From the IMG/VR virus record IMGVR_UViG_2526164668_000015: 21,528 nt of DNA, one strand, 5' to 3'. Under the pieces are notes generated by a model. It saw only the letters and a list, made by a program, of their open reading frames with translations, had not been told where the DNA came from and made no database searches. Positions within the stretch are counted from its first letter, which is position 1. Each line of letters begins with the position of its first letter. Positions 18,050 through 21,528 of the stretch are shown here, one piece after another. The translations under genes were made by a program, and so were the position numbers. This DNA comes from a virus (taxonomy: Duplodnaviria; Heunggongvirae; Uroviricota; Caudoviricetes).

Positions 18050-18847
18050 TTACTGATACTCAATACTCACTGGCAGGGACACATTCCAGCGTTCTGTTTT
18101 ATCTCCCCACAGATGTAATTCGCCGGTGTCAGCAATAGTCCGGGCACCATAAACACCTTCAATCTGGCGAAGAGCAGTATCGCTGAAATGGCTTACGCCT
18201 GTCTCTGAACTTACTGACATCGTCGGCAACCACCCCGGACCTTCACCATCAAACATTGACTGCAGTAATCCGGGAATCTGCTCTGTGTTCAGAACATGGG
18301 ACTTATCAGGCAGACCGTTTCCCCCTACATCATCATATATACTGGTATAAGTAACCTGACCGTTACTTACATGCCGCATAAGTCCTGCCGCCTGCATACG
18401 AAACGTAAAATGACCAATCCGATGGCTATCTTCCCCCGTAACAGGCAATGTAACATCTGCAACTCCTGGTGTGGCCCACACCAGAGAAAAATCCTCAATA
18501 CCTTTTCCGAATATAATTCGGGGAGCCAGCCCCTCACGTCCGGCAGGTGTGGTAAGAACTGTTTTTCCCAGTACAAGATTCATGGCAGGCAAAGAAACAG
18601 GAACCACCGTATCTCCACTACGTGAAACCGGAGAATGTTTGACATTCAGGTTTGACTTCCCTTCTCCTATCTTCCACACCCAGGGATTACGGGTACTGGT
18701 TACTGGACCGCCCAGTTTAAGTTCACCACTGAAATCCTGACCGGGTGTATTCCAGGCCAGAACACTGAATGGAAAAAAACAAACAATCAGAAATAACAAA
18801 ACAGAATTCTTCACATTTTTCTCCACTATTGTTTCCCTGCCATTCAT
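18050..18847 (-). CDS. secreted protein, paralog C of a three-member family (pilus/adhesin-like?)
   Basis: ATG at 18847 overlaps the stop of the upstream gene (ATGA). Signal peptide [31 protein letters not shown], motif [12 protein letters not shown] shared with the upstream paralogs, and a C-terminal beta-strand ...[11 protein letters not shown]. Confidence 0.7.
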   Translation of the reverse strand: MNGRETIVEKNVKNSVLLFLIVCFFPFSVLAWNTPGQDFSGELKLGGPVTSTRNPWVWKIGEGKSNLNVKHSPVSRSGDTVVPVSLPAMNLVLGKTVLTTPAGREGLAPRIIFGKGIEDFSLVWATPGVADVTLPVTGEDSHRIGHFTFRMQAAGLMRHVSNGQVTYTSIYDDVGGNGLPDKSHVLNTEQIPGLLQSMFDGEGPGWLPTMSVSSETGVSHFSDTALRQIEGVYGARTIADTGELHLWGDKTERWNVSLPVSIEYQ

Positions 18848-19620
18848 TGCACAGTAACCGTAACATTCAGTTTTGCCTGCCACTGAGCAGGTGTCCCTTC
18901 TGCCGGAAGGTGTAATTCAAAATCAGACACAGAAGATGCATAAGCAGCGGCAAGATTTTTGACTCTGCCATCCGCAAGAATCCCCTGACTGATAACCTGC
19001 CCGTTATCCACTGCGCTCATTCCACCACCAAATTTCTGATTCATCAGCAACAATGAAGATAAACGGTTCTTCAGTTCTTGAGGTAAACTACCGGACTGAA
19101 CATTCGTCACACTCTGTCCACTAACCAGTGACATCCCCGCAGGTACCGATACGCCATCCTCCTGGACACCAGTACTGACAGCCATCCCCTGATCAAGGGT
19201 AAAATAAAGTTGCCCTGTCACCTGACCATTTTCAGGATCACTTACCGGGACAGAAGCACGAAAATGTTGTGCAGTGGCACTGTTTCCGTCTGTTACCGTA
19301 AAAGGCTGACCATTACTACTGAACGTGATAAAAGGCGTAAAACCAGGACCACCGCGCTCTGCCACTTCGAACAGATGCCCCTCAAGAAATGGTAATGAAC
19401 CTTTATCATGCAAATCAAAAATAAGCTGCCCATTCTCTGTTAGGGCATCAGCTGTATCCACGGCCCAAGTCTGTCCGGATGAACCTATCTGCCAAGTCCA
19501 TTTAGGTGCCTCATCAGTAACAAAACCATGAAACTGGATTTCACCACCATCAAGGCGCTCAGCATATAATTTCATTGAACATAAAAGAACACATCCAAAA
19601 AGAAAAAAGAATAACAACAA
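18844..19620 (-). CDS. secreted protein, paralog B
   Basis: ORF beginning with TTG at 19620 in the ORF track ([19 protein letters not shown]|ERLDGG...). It contains [13 protein letters not shown] and ends ...[10 protein letters not shown]. An ATG at 19634 in another frame upstream of a T-run suggests either a TTG start or a homopolymer indel in the signal-peptide region. Confidence 0.65.
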   Translation of the reverse strand: MLLFFFLFGCVLLCSMKLYAERLDGGEIQFHGFVTDEAPKWTWQIGSSGQTWAVDTADALTENGQLIFDLHDKGSLPFLEGHLFEVAERGGPGFTPFITFSSNGQPFTVTDGNSATAQHFRASVPVSDPENGQVTGQLYFTLDQGMAVSTGVQEDGVSVPAGMSLVSGQSVTNVQSGSLPQELKNRLSSLLLMNQKFGGGMSAVDNGQVISQGILADGRVKNLAAAYASSVSDFELHLPAEGTPAQWQAKLNVTVTVQ

Positions 19621-19686
19621 CGAACTAAATTCATGCTATTTACTCCTCATCCTTTAAAACAGAAGTCGGATGTATCGTTTTTGGAA

Positions 19687-19719
19687 TAACACTCTCACTA
19701 TAAAACAGTGAGAGTGTTA
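19687..19719. promoter_or_regulatory. perfect 13-bp stem-loop between paralog A and paralog B genes
   Basis: TAACACTCTCACT-ataaaac-AGTGAGAGTGTTA: 13-bp perfect inverted repeat with a 7-nt loop, in the 137-bp intergenic gap. No U-tract follows on the coding (minus) strand. Confidence 0.5.
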
Positions 19720-19758
19720 CAAATAATAAATGGTTTCTACTTATTTAAGTTCTGTGCA

Positions 19759-20622
19759 TTAATTGTATGCAACAGTAACATTAAGTGGAATTGACCAATT
19801 GGTTGTATGAGTGACTTTCTGTGTAAAGGTTAAATCAATTTTACTTCCGTTGACTAAACCGAACCCCATACCTGTAGCTGCAGTTGACATTTTTTCAATA
19901 TTAAATCTACTGTTCGCCTCATTTGGGGTTAAAGATTGCATCCATCCCTGATCAGCCCAGTTAGTAACTTGACCTACTCGTCCTTGGAGCTCAGAAACCA
20001 AATCAGACATTCCTAATTGGTTAAGAATATCTTCGGCTGTATCAATATCTGTAGCCTGGTGATTTCCACCAACAAGTCCCGCATATAACGAAGTAGAAAC
20101 ATTGTAATTATCAGAAACGACCAATTTAATACCAGTATCACCACTATCTGGAGTACCATACATCACACCTGCTACACGCGCATCTGTAATTTTTGCCGTA
20201 CCAACAGCTTGGCTATCAGCGTAAACTGGCACACTAAAATCAAACCCTCCATTGTTATTCCAGTTAGTACGAGAGATTTGAATACCATCACCACCACTAA
20301 CAACTACACTCGGCATAACACCTTTAGAATAACTATCAGCAGAATAAATCCCCTTAGTTTTTATAGCCAGAACAGGAATAGCTTCCTGAACAGGCAAAGA
20401 TAATTCGTTACCATTTACCAAGTCGGTACCATTATTAGCGAAATTAGTATAACCACTCCCTGTGGCAACCAGCCATACAGGAGTATCATCTACAGTAATT
20501 GTACCTCCAATAGAAACGGATCCTCCTGCAGAATTTTCCTCCCAAGCACCTAAACCAGCCATAGCAGAACCGGATACCGCAGTAGAGGCAACTACCGCAA
20601 GTGCAATCAACGTCTTTTTCAT
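19759..20622 (-). CDS. secreted protein, paralog A (candidate major structural subunit)
   Basis: 287-aa ORF with signal peptide MKKTLIALAVVASTAVSGSAMA, motif TPVWLVATGSG and C-terminal strand ...SIPLNVTVAYN. The mature protein has no Cys. It has its own AT-rich upstream region and is followed by a strong hairpin. Confidence 0.75.
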   Translation of the reverse strand: MKKTLIALAVVASTAVSGSAMAGLGAWEENSAGGSVSIGGTITVDDTPVWLVATGSGYTNFANNGTDLVNGNELSLPVQEAIPVLAIKTKGIYSADSYSKGVMPSVVVSGGDGIQISRTNWNNNGGFDFSVPVYADSQAVGTAKITDARVAGVMYGTPDSGDTGIKLVVSDNYNVSTSLYAGLVGGNHQATDIDTAEDILNQLGMSDLVSELQGRVGQVTNWADQGWMQSLTPNEANSRFNIEKMSTAATGMGFGLVNGSKIDLTFTQKVTHTTNWSIPLNVTVAYN

Positions 20623-20843
20623 AAGTTTAATTCCTTCCAGTATATATATTTTATATAGCTGGTAACCCCGTCACAGAATTACCGCAAACCCATCCCTGAA
20701 CAATATATATAAATGTTGCCACATGTATGAATAGTGCAAAACAGAATGGGTTTACGTTATTCCCGTAAAAGCCAACCCTTTACCGCGAAATTATTCAGCG
20801 GACTTCAGTGAATTTATAAAACACAGAATGCAAATACTGATTT

Positions 20844-21335
20844 TTAATTAACGCCCTCCACCTGTAATGCAATCTGAATATTTCCGCGATAATTCACGGG
20901 AATTTCCAGGTCAGCCGGCACATCTGAACGTAACTCAACCTGTTTTTGTGCGTCCGGCACCGTTATCAGAACATCCTCGCCCTGCTGACTGGCATTCAGT
21001 ACAGCCTTTTGCCCATCCACCACCAGGGACGTTTTCAGGGTGATTCTGGCTTCCTGGTTATCCGGTAATACCTGCTTTACTGTGATATAAGCCATACCAC
21101 CGGATGCCGGACGGACTTCTGCATCACGAACCCGTAACTGTACCGGCAATGCATCATCACTCCGGTACAGTACCGGGTCAGTGGGGGTCCGGGTGACTTT
21201 CACCACGCTGTTCCCCACCACCTGACCATTCACCACCCCCAGATATTGCGTTTTCTCACTGTATTCATTTGCATGAACCCCCTGAAAACCGAATGCAGTA
21301 AACAGCAGGCCAGCTATCATCATTTTCTTTTTCAT
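20844..21335 (-). CDS. secreted 163-aa protein of unknown function
   Basis: Signal peptide MKKKMMIAGLLFTAFGFQGVHA|NEYSEK. It lies 45 nt downstream of a partial upstream gene on the same strand. Confidence 0.7.
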   Translation of the reverse strand: MKKKMMIAGLLFTAFGFQGVHANEYSEKTQYLGVVNGQVVGNSVVKVTRTPTDPVLYRSDDALPVQLRVRDAEVRPASGGMAYITVKQVLPDNQEARITLKTSLVVDGQKAVLNASQQGEDVLITVPDAQKQVELRSDVPADLEIPVNYRGNIQIALQVEGVN

Positions 21336-21377
21336 TTAACTCCCCTTCTGTTCTGTACTCCGGTACGGCGGGATTGA

Positions 21378-21528
21378 TTACGCTGCACTTTTCTGAGGTT
21401 GGACATTTTCATCAACGTTCGTCCCTGCCGTGGATTTCTTCTGATTAATCGTCCAGGTTTTCAGGTCACCATAATCATCCAGGGATTCCACTTTCACCAC
21501 ATTTCCCTTCACCTGCACTTCATCTCCT
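21378..21528 (-). CDS. 3' end of an upstream gene of the same operon (5' portion outside the window)
   Basis: Open frame on the minus strand running off the window edge, ending ...GDEVQVKGNVVKVESLDDYGDLKTWTINQKKSTAGTNVDENVQPQKSAA with stop at 21380-21378. Confidence 0.5.
   Translation of the reverse strand, partial: GDEVQVKGNVVKVESLDDYGDLKTWTINQKKSTAGTNVDENVQPQKSAA

Noticed and set aside
17858-18118. Plus-strand 86-aa ORF between the IS3-family element and the paralog operon
   Set aside because: No ribosome-binding site, low-complexity translation, and it overlaps the 3' end of the minus-strand 277-aa gene.

Overview
This window is a degraded, mosaic lambdoid prophage segment running from the recombination region to the late-gene switch, followed by IS elements and a cluster of secreted-protein genes. 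Leftward pL operon (minus strand): orf73/orf61/orf63/orf60a-like small ORFs, exo, bet (disrupted by two 1-nt insertions), gam, kil, cIII, ea10, an AT-rich 293-aa gene of unknown function coupled to N, and N with nutL. The immunity region is phage-434 type: the three 14-bp operators of oL and of oR match the 434 sequences, with cI, cro and a small secreted protein translationally coupled downstream of cI where lambda carries rexAB. Rightward pR operon (plus strand) is lambda-like: nutR, cII with antisense oop RNA, O with ori iterons, P, ren, ninB, a Dam-family adenine methyltransferase in place of ninC/ninD, ninE, ninF, ninG and ninI. Lambda Q is reduced to a 29-codon remnant; after it come a convergent outer-membrane beta-barrel gene, a different putative Q-like gene, and a pR'-like promoter with a short-transcript terminator. 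No lysis or morphogenesis genes follow. Instead there is an AT-rich cassette of small membrane proteins, IS1, an AT-rich non-coding island, an IS3-family element with a frameshifted orfB, and a minus-strand operon of paralogous signal-peptide proteins that looks pilus- or adhesin-like. Identifications rest on reading the translations and motifs against recalled lambda and 434 sequences; no database search was possible. The candidates I would prioritise as possibly undescribed are the N-coupled 293-aa gene, the cI-coupled secreted protein, the late-promoter cargo cassette and the secreted paralog operon.
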